Assembly (NCBI RefSeq): GCF_048593235.1
Contig: NC_133618.1
Location: 230,878,221-230,942,220 of the forward strand
Direction: 5' to 3'
Source: Sminthopsis crassicaudata
Taxonomy: Eukaryota
Length of the DNA stretch: 64,000 bases
Shown here piece after piece: positions 1 through 9,827 of this stretch. The notes below the pieces were generated by a model that was not told the origin of the DNA, made no database searches, and saw nothing but the letters and a program-made list of their open reading frames with translations. The position numbers were made by a program, and so were the translations under genes. Within the stretch, counting starts at the first letter, position 1, and each line of letters opens with the position of its first letter.

Positions 1-573
1 CCATAAAATCATTCTTTTGGAAAGCATACATTTGGTATTTGAACAATGTGGCCAACTCAATGGAGTTTTGAGGTCACAGTGAGCAGAGTCAGGACTTGAA
101 CTTGGGCTTCCTGATCCTAGGCTGGGACTCTTTCCCCAAACCAGCGTCACCTGCCCTGATCTACTAATATTATTTTTTAAAACGAATTTTCGTTCATATC
201 TTTTGTTGTTCTTATACCATCTAAATTTCTCCCTGTCCCATTCCCTCCCCAGAAATATCTCAAGTCCCTTAGTTTCCCATGTGGTATCAATTTAGCTACT
301 TTTCTCCAAAAACAAGAGATGGGAGGAGGGGATATAGACCCAGTTGGAGGCAGAAATCTTGTTCCTTAATCTCTGTCTTCTAATGCCAAGAAAAATACCA
401 GTGACCCCCATTAGCCTAGCAAAAACCAAACAAACTCCCTCTCTCCTGTGCTTAGCTTTGGCCCAGCCATTAGCTGGATTTTCTATCTTAGTGGGACCTC
501 CAGGCTGAGGGGCTGGCTTCTTTTCCTGCCTGGTAAACTCACTTCCATTTTTGGAATCTCTCTTTCCATATAG

Positions 574-689
574 GGGCGACCTCACCCCTGATGAAGTCGT
601 GTCTCTCGTCAACCAGGGCTTGCAGGAGGGCGAGCGAGACTTTCACGTCAAAGTCAGGTCTATTCTATGCTGCATGCGCCACATGCCAA
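574..689 (+). CDS. ADA: Adenosine deaminase, exon equivalent to human exon 5 (gene continues upstream of window)
   Basis: tag|G acceptor, 116 bp, CCAA|gtaatg donor; encodes [38 protein letters not shown], matching mammalian ADA residues ~122-159. Confidence 0.97.
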
Positions 690-1768
690 GTAATGTATTA
701 TGGTCCCTCTCTTTACCTCCTCTGGCTTGCCCCTATCTAATTCATCCCTTCCTCCTTCCCTCCCTTCCTTCCTTCCTCTCTCCCTTCTTATCCCCTCTAA
801 CTCATTTACCTCTTCTTCCCTTCTTTCTTCTCCATCCTTTTTTCTCTCTAAGGACCACTGGACCTTTGCAGCTGAGACTGCCAACAAGTGTTGTCTCCCG
901 TATAAGAACATGAGTAACTTGAGAACACATCCACCTTTTCTATTTGTATCCTTAGCATTTAGCACAGTTCTTGGCACAGAGTATGTGTTGAGAAAATACT
1001 TTTTAATTCGTCCATCCCCTCCATCTATCTACCCTGCTCATTTCTCCCTCCCTCACTTCCTTCCATTCTTCATCCCTCTGCTTCCCTTCCCACTTGTGTT
1101 CTCACTCCCTCTTCCTCTCTTTCTCCCCCTTTTGGTAGTTCCCATTCTATTCACCTTTCCTTACTTCCTAGGAGCACTAGCCTTAACACAGGGAACAGGG
1201 ACTAGGAAGAGAGTTTGTGCCTGTGCTCTTTTCTGCACTGGCTTGTCTCCTTCACTTATACACCTATCCTTGTGCTGTTAGCTAGTGCCTTTCATCTTCT
1301 GTGCCTTACCTCTGTCTCCCTCAAACCAGGAAGGGCTTCTCACATTTGGAAGAAGAGCAGGAGATGGGAAACTGGCTGGGTGGTTCCCTCCTTTGTCTTT
1401 TTAGGGTCTAAGGTTGCCAGCGCTAGAGTTAAGCTGGGTGGCAGCTTGCAGGCTTGACATAGATGAGCCAGGAAAAGGAAGGGAGGGGGCTTCTGCCAAT
1501 CTCACCATCTGTCAGAAAGATTTTCAAATTCTAATCTTTTTTTTTCATATTAAAATGTTTTTCTTTAACTAGTTCTTTTTCTTCTCCAAAAAAGCCTCTT
1601 CTGGAGCTGCCACAAAGGGCAGATGTCTATTTGGATTATAAGTTAAAGAGAGATTTAGGAAAATCCAGGAATCCATATGGCTTAGTGAGGACGCAACATG
1701 ATATAGGGAATAACATATCTTTGGTATCAAAAGACCCAAGTTCAGATCCCTAGCTTTGCTGTAGACTT

Positions 1769-1815
<47 letters not shown>

Positions 1816-3072
1816 CTGTGAGCACATCTCTAAGCACATCTCTACCTGAATGTCACATGGTCTCTAAAGGTCTTGGGGTTCAGCCGGAGAGGGGGTGTTG
1901 CTTCACCCTAAGGTAGCTACCCGTCTGGGGTAATTCTCATTTATAATAGCTCAGCTGCCAGTCCTGCCAACTGCTGATGGCCAGCAGAGATAGCAGCACT
2001 TAGGGATGTCGTGACAGCGAAGCTTGATGCCTTCTGAGACTAGTCTATTGAGCCCCAAGTCTCCTTGAAAAAAGGGTTCAGGGCTTTTCCTGGCTGCCCC
2101 TTTCAGAGAGGATGGGTCTATTGCAAAGAGTCAGGAAGTTCTTGCTGCCTTGCTCTGAGCAGTGTTGGATGTGGATATAGGTTTCCAAAGCCCTCAAGCT
2201 CCCTGGCCAGAAGCTTCCAAGTATGGTGGGGATTCCTTGTTCTAGGTCTTACTAGCACTGCTTTACTGAAGTTAAGGTCAGGGCCCCTCTCAGGAATCTC
2301 TGATACTCTGGTTTTGGGCTACATGCTCCAACAGGGTTTAATTTGTCCGGCCTCGTGGTCATAATTACTATTTTTTTTTTTTTTTTTGGAGAGTAGGAGA
2401 ACGGTTGTGAGGCAATCAGGATTAAGTGACTTGCCCAAGATTTTATAAATAGTAAGATTCCGAGACTGGATTCAAACTTGGTCCTCATGACTCCAGAACA
2501 GGTGCTCTACCCACTGTACCACCTAGCTGCCCCTCAGAATCAGATTATGAGTTATATATAAATTAGAAGGGACCTTAGAGATCATCCAGTCCTGCTCCCA
2601 TTTTATAGATGAGGAGACTGAGTCTCAGTCTCAGTGAGAAAATGACCCACTCAGGTCTTTGAGTTCCAACCATGAACTATTGTTTTCTACCATCCCACAA
2701 ACTGGTAATGGGCTTTTGTTTCCTCAATTCTGCTGAAAGCAAAAAATGTACCCACAGATTACAGAGCTGTCCTGGTTCTTTAAATGTAAATTCATAGACC
2801 TCTGAATTTGGTGCTGTCAGCACCATGTAGGATCAAGCTGGGGTGAATTAGAGGAAGTGGGCACATTTGACCTAGAGAAAACCTAGGGAACTAATTGATA
2901 GTCATCTCCAAAATGGGTGAGGGACTGGAAGGGAGATCAGACTTGTTTTGCTTAGGTCAAAAAAGCAGAATAAAGAGAAGTAACTGCAAGTTGCAGAAAG
3001 GCATGTTTTCACTCAATATAAGGGGGAAAAAACCCCAATAATGAAATCTGTTCCAAAGTGGAATGGGATATC

Positions 3073-3224
3073 NNNNNNNNNNNNNNNNNNNNNNNNNNNN
3101 NNNNNNNNNNNNNNNNNNNNNNNNNNNNNNNNNNNNNNNNNNNNNNNNNNNNNNNNNNNNNNNNNNNNNNNNNNNNNNNNNNNNNNNNNNNNNNNNNNNN
3201 NNNNNNNNNNNNNNNNNNNNNNNN
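3073..3224. other. Assembly gap (152 N)
   Basis: Run of N abutting the 3' end of an antisense L1. Confidence 0.99.
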
Positions 3225-3698
3225 CATTTTTCCAAATTACCCCCCCTCCCTCTATTCCCTCCCCCCGACGACAGGCAATACCATACATTTTACATGTGTT
3301 ACAATATAGTCTAGGTACAATACATGTGTGCGAATATCATTTTCTTGTTGCACAATAAACATTAGAATCCGAAGGTACATGCAACCTGGGCAGACAGATA
3401 TTAGTGCTAACAATTTTCATTCCCCTCCCAGTGTTCCTTCTCTGGGTGTAGTTGTTTCTGTCCATCATTGATCAACTGGAAGTGAGTTGGATCTTCTTTA
3501 TGTTGAAGATTTCCACTTCCATCAGAATACATCCTCATACAGTATTGTTGTTGAAGTGTACAGTGATCTTCTGGTTCTGCTCATTTCACTCAGCATCAGT
3601 TGATTTAAGTCTCTCCAACCCTCTCTGTATTCCTCCTGCTGGTCATTTCTTACCGAGCAATAATATTCCATAACCTTCATATACCACAATTTACCCAA
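3225..3698 (-). mobile_element. L1 3' fragment (ORF2 C-terminus + 3' UTR), relatively young subfamily, in ADA intron 5
   Basis: Minus strand encodes [30 protein letters not shown]; very similar to the L1 at 35845-36760. Confidence 0.92.
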
Positions 3699-4168
3699 GT
3701 GAATTCTCTTTTCTTTTTGGGGTGGGGGGAGGCAATCAAGGGTTAAATAACTTGACCAGATATAAGTGACTAAGGCAAGATTTGAACTCGGGTTCTTCTG
3801 ACTCTCCACTGTGCCTCTGGCTGCCTCTGGGTTCTCTATTGCAGACAGTTGAGGAGAGGCCAGATGGGTACATTCCTGTGACCTCAGAGATCCTGCAGTG
3901 CTAAGAGGGTGTGGTTTGGGGATATTCTTTCCTGCTCTGTGCTGCTTATGGACAGAAATGGGAGTGGGCAGCATGAAATGTCTGATTACAGGCCTATCAT
4001 GATTGTTTTATGTCCTGTGGTTGGGACTAATTTTATACTCCACTGACCACTACATTCTGGTACTCTGCAGACAGAGACCTCATTAACCTTGGAAGATGTG
4101 TTTCTCAGACCCTGAGGTATGTCTCTAATCAAGCCGATGGGAGATGGACACAAACGGTGGTTTCTTCT

Positions 4169-4402
4169 TATATACTAGTATTATATCAGTATAATATGTA
4201 ATATTATACTACTATATATACTATTAATATTATAATTAATTATTATCAATAATTAATATATTTATTAATGGTTACATATATAATTAATTACAATATGTAA
4301 TTAATATAATAATATATATTATAGTAGTATGTATACTAGTATACTATAGTATATAGTATTGTATACTATATACTATATATAAGTATGCACGTATATACTA
4401 GT
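4169..4402. repeat. AT-rich palindromic low-complexity tract
   Basis: Several perfect hairpins; flanked by direct repeat TATATACTAGT. Confidence 0.85.
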
Positions 4403-4484
4403 GTTAACTGCCTGTCTTGCCTACAGCCCAATTCCTTTCAAGTTCACCGGCCCCCATGACACATGGTTTGGGTCTTGCCTACAG

Positions 4485-4612
4485 ATTGGTCCCCTGAGGT
4501 GGTAGAGCTCTGTAAGAAGTATCGCCATCAGACCGTGGTGGCCATGGACCTGGCTGGAGATGAGACCATCGAGGACAGTAGCCTCTTTCCTGGGCATGTT
4601 GAAGCCTACAAA
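4485..4612 (+). CDS. ADA: ADA exon 6 equivalent
   Basis: cag| acceptor, 128 bp, |gtaagt donor; (N)[42 protein letters not shown]; phase fits previous exon. Confidence 0.97.
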
Positions 4613-4732
4613 GTAAGTGCTGATGGGTAGTGGGGGAGGATGGCAATGGTTTACACATAATGAACCAGTCTTGCTTCTCAGCCAAGAGACACCTAAGCAG
4701 TTAAGAGCTTAGCTTCTTAGGAGCCATTTACT

Positions 4733-4908
4733 CCTAGCTTCTTAAACTGTGGCTTGCAACCCCATATGGGATCGTGTAACTGAATATAGGAGTCATGAAA
4801 TTAGAATATATTATCAGCAAATGTTTAATGTGCATACCTGTTTTATATACCTGTAAAAGTTTCTCAGGCAAAAACGGGTCACCAGTGGAAAAAGTTAAAG
4901 CAGCCTTG
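4733..4908. mobile_element. hAT-type MITE, same family as 42564-42741 in opposite orientation
   Basis: Degenerate terminal inverted repeats (gcttcttaaact ... agttaaagcagc); internal similarity to the 42.6-kb copy. Confidence 0.65.
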
Positions 4909-5402
4909 ATTTAGAGAATATGAATATATGTAGGTTGGGAAGGTGGGATTTAATGTTATGGTAGAATAAATCCTGCTCCCTCTTGAGAGACCCTGGGGTG
5001 CCATCCTGGCTCTACCAGTGAATTACTTTGTGACCTGGAAGTCAATTTTGCTTGCTGGACTTCAGATCACTCCTCTTGAGAGTGAAGGTGGCCTCTAAGG
5101 TCCCTTCCATCTCTCCTGTTCTATCCTAATTTCTCCATTCCCTCATTTTCCCAAGGATTCTGGCTCTCCACGTTCTCTCTTCCTCACTCCAAGCAGATCA
5201 GTTCCTCCTGTATTAGGAATTATTGCAGGAGAAAGAATCTGCTGTCATGCAGTGGAAGACTGGTTACAGGTCATTGTGGCTCTCTGGAGGTCTCCATCAC
5301 ATGTAACTCCTTGGAGCTGAGAGGCCCTTGGAGAAGGGTACGATAGTTTCTCTTAGTCCCTTACAGACTGAACTCTCTCCTTCTCTTGCTGTGCCTTTAC
5401 AG

Positions 5403-5474
5403 GAGGCTGTGAAAAGTGGCATTCATCGGACTGTTCATGCTGGAGAAGTGGGGCCTCCCAGCGTTGTTCAGCAG
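5403..5474 (+). CDS. ADA: ADA exon 7 equivalent (Zn ligand His and catalytic Glu, HAGE)
   Basis: cag| acceptor, 72 bp, |gtgagg donor; [24 protein letters not shown]. Confidence 0.97.
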
Positions 5475-5557
5475 GTGAGGCTAGGAGTCGGGCAGAGAGG
5501 CTGGGGGTGTGTCCGTGTCTGGGCCCTGCTCTCACTGCTGCCCTCCCTCCCCTGCAG

Positions 5558-5659
5558 GCAGTGGATGTTCTCCATGCTGAGAGGATAGGCCATGGCTACC
5601 ACACTTTGGAAGATGCCACCCTGTATAATAATCTGCTGGGAAAGAACATGCACTTTGAG
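5558..5659 (+). CDS. ADA: ADA exon 8 equivalent (GHGYH motif)
   Basis: 83-bp upstream intron; 102 bp; [34 protein letters not shown]; |gtgagt donor. Confidence 0.97.
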
Positions 5660-6166
5660 GTGAGTCGGTTGGCTAGGTGAAGCCTTCTAGTATACATTTG
5701 GGGATGCTCTTGGTGCACTGCATCCTCATTTCTCCCATCATGGGGCAAAGGAAACCTAAGGAGGGCTCCCCCCCGCCAGTCCTGGGACAAATGACAAGCT
5801 GTGGAGCATCCACAGAAAAAGACACCAGATTTGGAGACAGAAACTGTGTTTGAATTCTGACTTTGCTACTTCCTCACTGGCTGAGGAAGTCATTTTATTG
5901 GTTCTAGATATTTAGAACTAAAAGACGTTAAGAGATCATTTGGGCTAACTATCTCCTTTTACAGATGGGCAAATATTAGTTCTATGTTGTACTCATACAA
6001 AAAGCAGAGGAATCAGGATTTGAACTCACGCCTTTGGGCTCTGAAGTCCATTTTATTCTACTACACTGTCTCCTTGGACTTCATTTCCTTTGCCTGTAAA
6101 ATGAAGGGGTTGGATTAAATGACGTCTTGTTCTCTCTCACTCTTCAAGTTATCTTTTCCCACCCAG

Positions 6167-6231
6167 GTATGCCCCTGGTCGAGCTATCTCACAGGAGCCT
6201 GGAAAGAAGGCACTGAGCACGCAGTCATACG
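6167..6231 (+). CDS. ADA: ADA exon 9 equivalent
   Basis: cag| acceptor, 65 bp; [21 protein letters not shown](R); |gtgagc donor. Confidence 0.97.
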
Positions 6232-6833
6232 GTGAGCTGGCCTTCTTCCCGCCCTGCCGGGACCCTTGGGGAAGCATGGAATGTCTGGTCTAGGACGGCT
6301 ACGCTGAGGTCGGGACCAGCTTAGCCCCTAGCTGACGCTTACCTGCTGGCAGTCTGCAGGCCAGTGGCACCTCACCAGCCGTGGAAGGCTCACCTCTCAA
6401 TCCATGGGGTCAATAGGATATGTCTGCCTTGCCTATAGCCTGATTCCTCTCAGGTTCGATGGGTTCCATTGACACGTGCAGCCTCCTTCCCACACCATGT
6501 GTCCATCAACCATCCTGGAGGCGCCCTAAGAACTGGGCGTGGCAGGGGACACTGACCCGCTCACTTGTAATACACATTATATGGTAGCTCGGGATTTGCT
6601 CGGCACTAGATGTCATATTCTACAGAATATATGTTTGGGACATGTTTGTAGTCATGCATGGGATGGCCTCAGAAATGCCTTCAGGTGCCAGGGTGGAAGT
6701 GGCAGGTGGATGGGTGAGTGCTACGTCCCTCAGGGCATGTTCCTCAGGGCTAGGGAAGAGGTAGCCATTGCAAAGGCCCGTTTTCTAGCAGGGATTCACC
6801 CGGGGTGTCCTTTTCCTCATCTCTCCTCTCCAG

Positions 6834-6963
6834 GTTTAAAAATGATAAGGCTAACTATTCGCTCAACACAGATGACCCCCTCATCTTCAAGTCTACCATT
6901 GACACAGATTACCGCATGGTAAAAATGCAAATGAACTTCACTGAGGAGGAGTTTATAAGACTG
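6834..6963 (+). CDS. ADA: ADA exon 10 equivalent (NTDDP motif)
   Basis: cag| acceptor, 130 bp; [43 protein letters not shown]; |gtgagt donor. Confidence 0.97.
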
Positions 6964-7103
6964 GTGAGTATGGGGAGAATCACTGAGAAAGGTGGTGAAC
7001 CAGGTCCTCCCTCAACCCCAGGAGGTCTAAGGGCCGCTATTTGCTTCTTCACATTAGAAAAGGGTCTTTCTTACCCAGTTCTCTCTTAGGGAAAGCCCAC
7101 CTC

Positions 7104-7508
7104 TGTAGAGAGCCAGAAGTCTGGAGAAGAATACTTGAAGCAAGGTGTTAACTCAGTGGAATTGATGAGATGATGGTTCTCTAGTTCACATATATACTTA
7201 GTACTTAGTATGGTGATGTAATGGTTCTCTAATTCACACAAACTCACTATGCTGTAATGATGTAATTGTAATAAAGTATGTAAGGCCTGAGAAGGCCTGG
7301 AAACGATTCATTCCATTTTTGACCATCCTCCTGGTGGCTCTCCTGCCTCCGGCATTCCTCCACTAAGATCAAGGCTGGGCCAGAATAAAGACTCTAGGCT
7401 CTATTCCTGACCTGACCATCCTCGTGGTGTCTATCTTGCTGAGACCACGGCCCATCCAAAGGACCTCCAGACCCAGTAGCCCAGATCTCCAATAGCCCAA
7501 ACATTACA
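7104..7508 (+). mobile_element. Solo LTR (ERV2/betaretrovirus-like family), 405 bp, in ADA intron 10
   Basis: TGTA...TACA termini; perfect 6-bp TSD CACCTC (7098-7103, 7509-7514); AATAAA 7384-7389; homologous to LTR at 60796. Confidence 0.93.
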
Positions 7509-7869
7509 CACCTCGAGCAACTCCTCTAGGTTGGACTAGTGTCCCATCTATAGATAACATTTGGTATACCAAAGACAGAGGGATTCAGAGACCCTGCCAT
7601 CATCAACCTATCTGATATACAAGCCCCTTACCCTCTTCTTGGCTCGCACCAAGCTTCTCTATATATTTCTGGAGCAGAACGTGATGAAAATACCCTGGAC
7701 CAGGAAGTGACATGCAAGCTAGTTCCCCATTGATATTGCTAACTGTGCAACTTTATACTCATCACTCTGCTACTTAGTTAGCCCTTCCCTACATAAAATG
7801 AGGGCACTTGGACTGTTTGGTGTTTAAAAGTGTTAATTCTGACCCTATTGGCCACATTGGTTCTTCCAG

Positions 7870-7962
7870 AATATCAATGCAGCCAAGTCCAGTTTCCTTC
7901 CAAACAATGAGAAAGAGGAACTCCTTGCCCAACTGCGCGAGGCCTATCAGATAGAAGTCTAA
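7870..7962 (+). CDS. ADA: ADA exon 11 equivalent, last coding exon with TAA stop
   Basis: cag| acceptor; NINAAKSSFLPNNEKEELLAQLREAYQIEV*; TAA 7960-7962 followed by AG|gtaggt donor (exon ends 7964). Confidence 0.95.
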   Translation, partial: NINAAKSSFLPNNEKEELLAQLREAYQIEV

Positions 7963-8559
7963 AGGTAGGTGTGTTCCCTGGCTTTCAGGCCACTGTGTCT
8001 GCTTTGAGAATACTCAGAAACTCCCCTAGAGTCCCATGTTCTTTCCCTAAGAAAAGCTCTGTCAGGGAAAACCATGTGTTCTGTGAGCATGATTCCCTCC
8101 CCTGGGAAAGTACAGTATCTCTAGGTGAGCTAAAGTGAATACTCTAGGTGAAGCTAAAGAAATTCAGAAATAGATTCAGGGCCTCATAACCTTAGCGTGT
8201 CCCCTAAAGGGGAAAGAGAGTCTGCTCTGAGCCCAATATAGGTCCGGGATTCCAGCGTATGTGGGGGTATAATTGGGACTCAAAGAGCATGGTTATCTCT
8301 GTTAAATTTGGGAGAAAATTTGAGATGTAATTCAAGTTCCCCCCCTCCCAGTTTTATAGATGAGGAAGCCAAGGCCTAAAGAGAAATGGCTTTTAACCAA
8401 GCAATACCCATTGAAGTGCCTATCACGTGCCAGGCTCTGTGCCAAGCACTAGTCTGTGTAAGACCACCTAGGTGGTATGCAGCAGGTATAGGCTACAAAT
8501 CCAGGTCCTGGGTTAGTGACAAAGACTCCTAATTCTGGCTTCTTTGGATCCATTCACAG

Positions 8560-8985
8560 CGCTGGAGCGATGATGCATCCAACAGGACAGAACAAGAAAA
8601 ACCCCAGAAGGCCTCAGTAATCACCATGTACTCAGGAACCAGATTCAAACTCCTTAGGGTGGGGGCACTACACCTTTTCTGTTTTCTTTCATAGAACAAT
8701 CAAATTAACATGATCAACTCTTTTCCTGCTGTACACACAGCCAGCTGTACATTAAAATACCTCAATGCAGAAACACCGATCTCAATGACTGCTCACTATC
8801 TGTTAGACTCAGGGATTCTGCACATATATCATTTTAAAATCACTTTGCTCACATGACCAACTGTCAGAGGCCACTTCTGAGGCACCTCTGAAGGAGAGAT
8901 CCTGTAGGGCTGCTGGGCACCGTGGGGGGGGGGGGATGACACAGAGGGAGGTGCTCCATCAATAAATTAACAAATTCATTTTTTG
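8560..8985 (+). other. ADA: Probable ADA non-coding terminal exon (3' UTR)
   Basis: Pyrimidine-rich ttcacag| acceptor ending 8559; ATTAAA 8751-8756 and AATAAA 8961-8966 downstream; 3' end is estimated. Confidence 0.55.
8961..8966 (+). terminator. Candidate ADA polyadenylation signal
   Basis: AATAAA followed ~12-20 nt later by a U-rich tract (ttttttgt). Confidence 0.55.
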
Positions 8986-9188
8986 TACTGCAAAGTTCAC
9001 CCCAGATTGAAATGCGTCAATAGTTACTTTGGGGAGGGAGGACACGGCTGTGCTGACACAACCTGGATTATCCCCTGAAAGGCCTCAGGGGAGGCTGGTG
9101 CTGGCCCAATGGGCCTCAACTCCACCAACCTGGGCCACACCATCAGCTAGTCTTCAGTGGGCGGCTGCGGTGCTGGGGGCCAGCAGCA

Positions 9189-9217
9189 TCACCCTCCCTC
9201 AGTGACCCCTTGGCTTT
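9189..9217 (-). CDS. PKIG: PKIG second coding exon using the first AG after the pyrimidine tract: (E)SQGVTEGG*, giving 59 aa; an alternative frame ends at 9143
   Basis: Long pyrimidine tract then cag| at 9220-9218; phase-1 join gives GAA AGC CAA GGG GTC ACT GAG GGA GGG TGA; PKIG-like tail AAGPQHRSRPLKTS* is in another frame. Confidence 0.65.
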
Positions 9218-9752
9218 CTGAGGGGTTGAGGAGTGTGGGAGGGGTGAGGGAGGAGAGTCTGGGTCTGGGTTTCCTTTGCTTGGAAGCAGGCAAGGAAAGG
9301 AGGGCAAGGAAGAAGTCTGCCCAATCTCGTGTTTGACAGTGGCCAAGCACTTTCCCATCTGCTGTCTATAAGACAGCTCTGATTTGTGAGAGAGGGAGAA
9401 AAGGGAGGGAATAAGCATTTATATAGCGCTTCCTAAGTGCCAGGTACTAGGCCAAGAGCTTCCCAAATAATTATTCCATCCTCACAACTCTGGGAGATGG
9501 TGATTTATGATCCCCCTTTTACAGATGATCTAATTGAAACAGGCGGAGGTCACACAGCTAGCTAAATGTCTGAGGCCAGATTTCAACTCAAGAATTCTTA
9601 ACTTCAGGCCTAGCACTCCATCTGCTGGGCCACCAGCTGCCACCTGTGCTGTGAGAAAGGGCTCAACTGGGAATCAAGTGACCTGGGCTTGAACTAACCT
9701 CTGAGTGGCACATCAGGACTGAAACCCAGAGCTCTTCGGATCCAGGACTCTG

Positions 9753-9827
9753 CAAGCTCAATGTCCCTCCCACTATTCCAAGCTCATTGTCCCTCCCGCT
9801 ACTCCAAGCTTAGTGTCCTTCCCACTA
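9753..9827. repeat. 26-bp minisatellite, ~2.9 copies
   Basis: caagctcaatgtccctcccactattc / caagctcattgtccctcccgctactc / caagcttagtgtccttcccacta. Confidence 0.85.

Noticed and set aside
292-1457. Overlapping ORFs of 80-193 aa on both strands
   Set aside because: Apart from ADA exon 5 they arise from the C/T-biased low-complexity intron (Leu/Pro/Phe/Ser or Glu/Arg/Gly runs)
2957-3358. Six ORFs containing X runs
   Set aside because: Artefacts of the 152-N gap
3522-3974. 150-aa minus-strand ORF
   Set aside because: Only the C-terminal part is meaningful and it is L1 ORF2; the rest is chance read-through
6334-6346. Strong minus-strand donor CAG|GTAAGC in CpG-richer ADA intron 9, suggesting an antisense exon
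   Set aside because: A single 9-mer is expected by chance in 64 kb; no matching acceptor or other support
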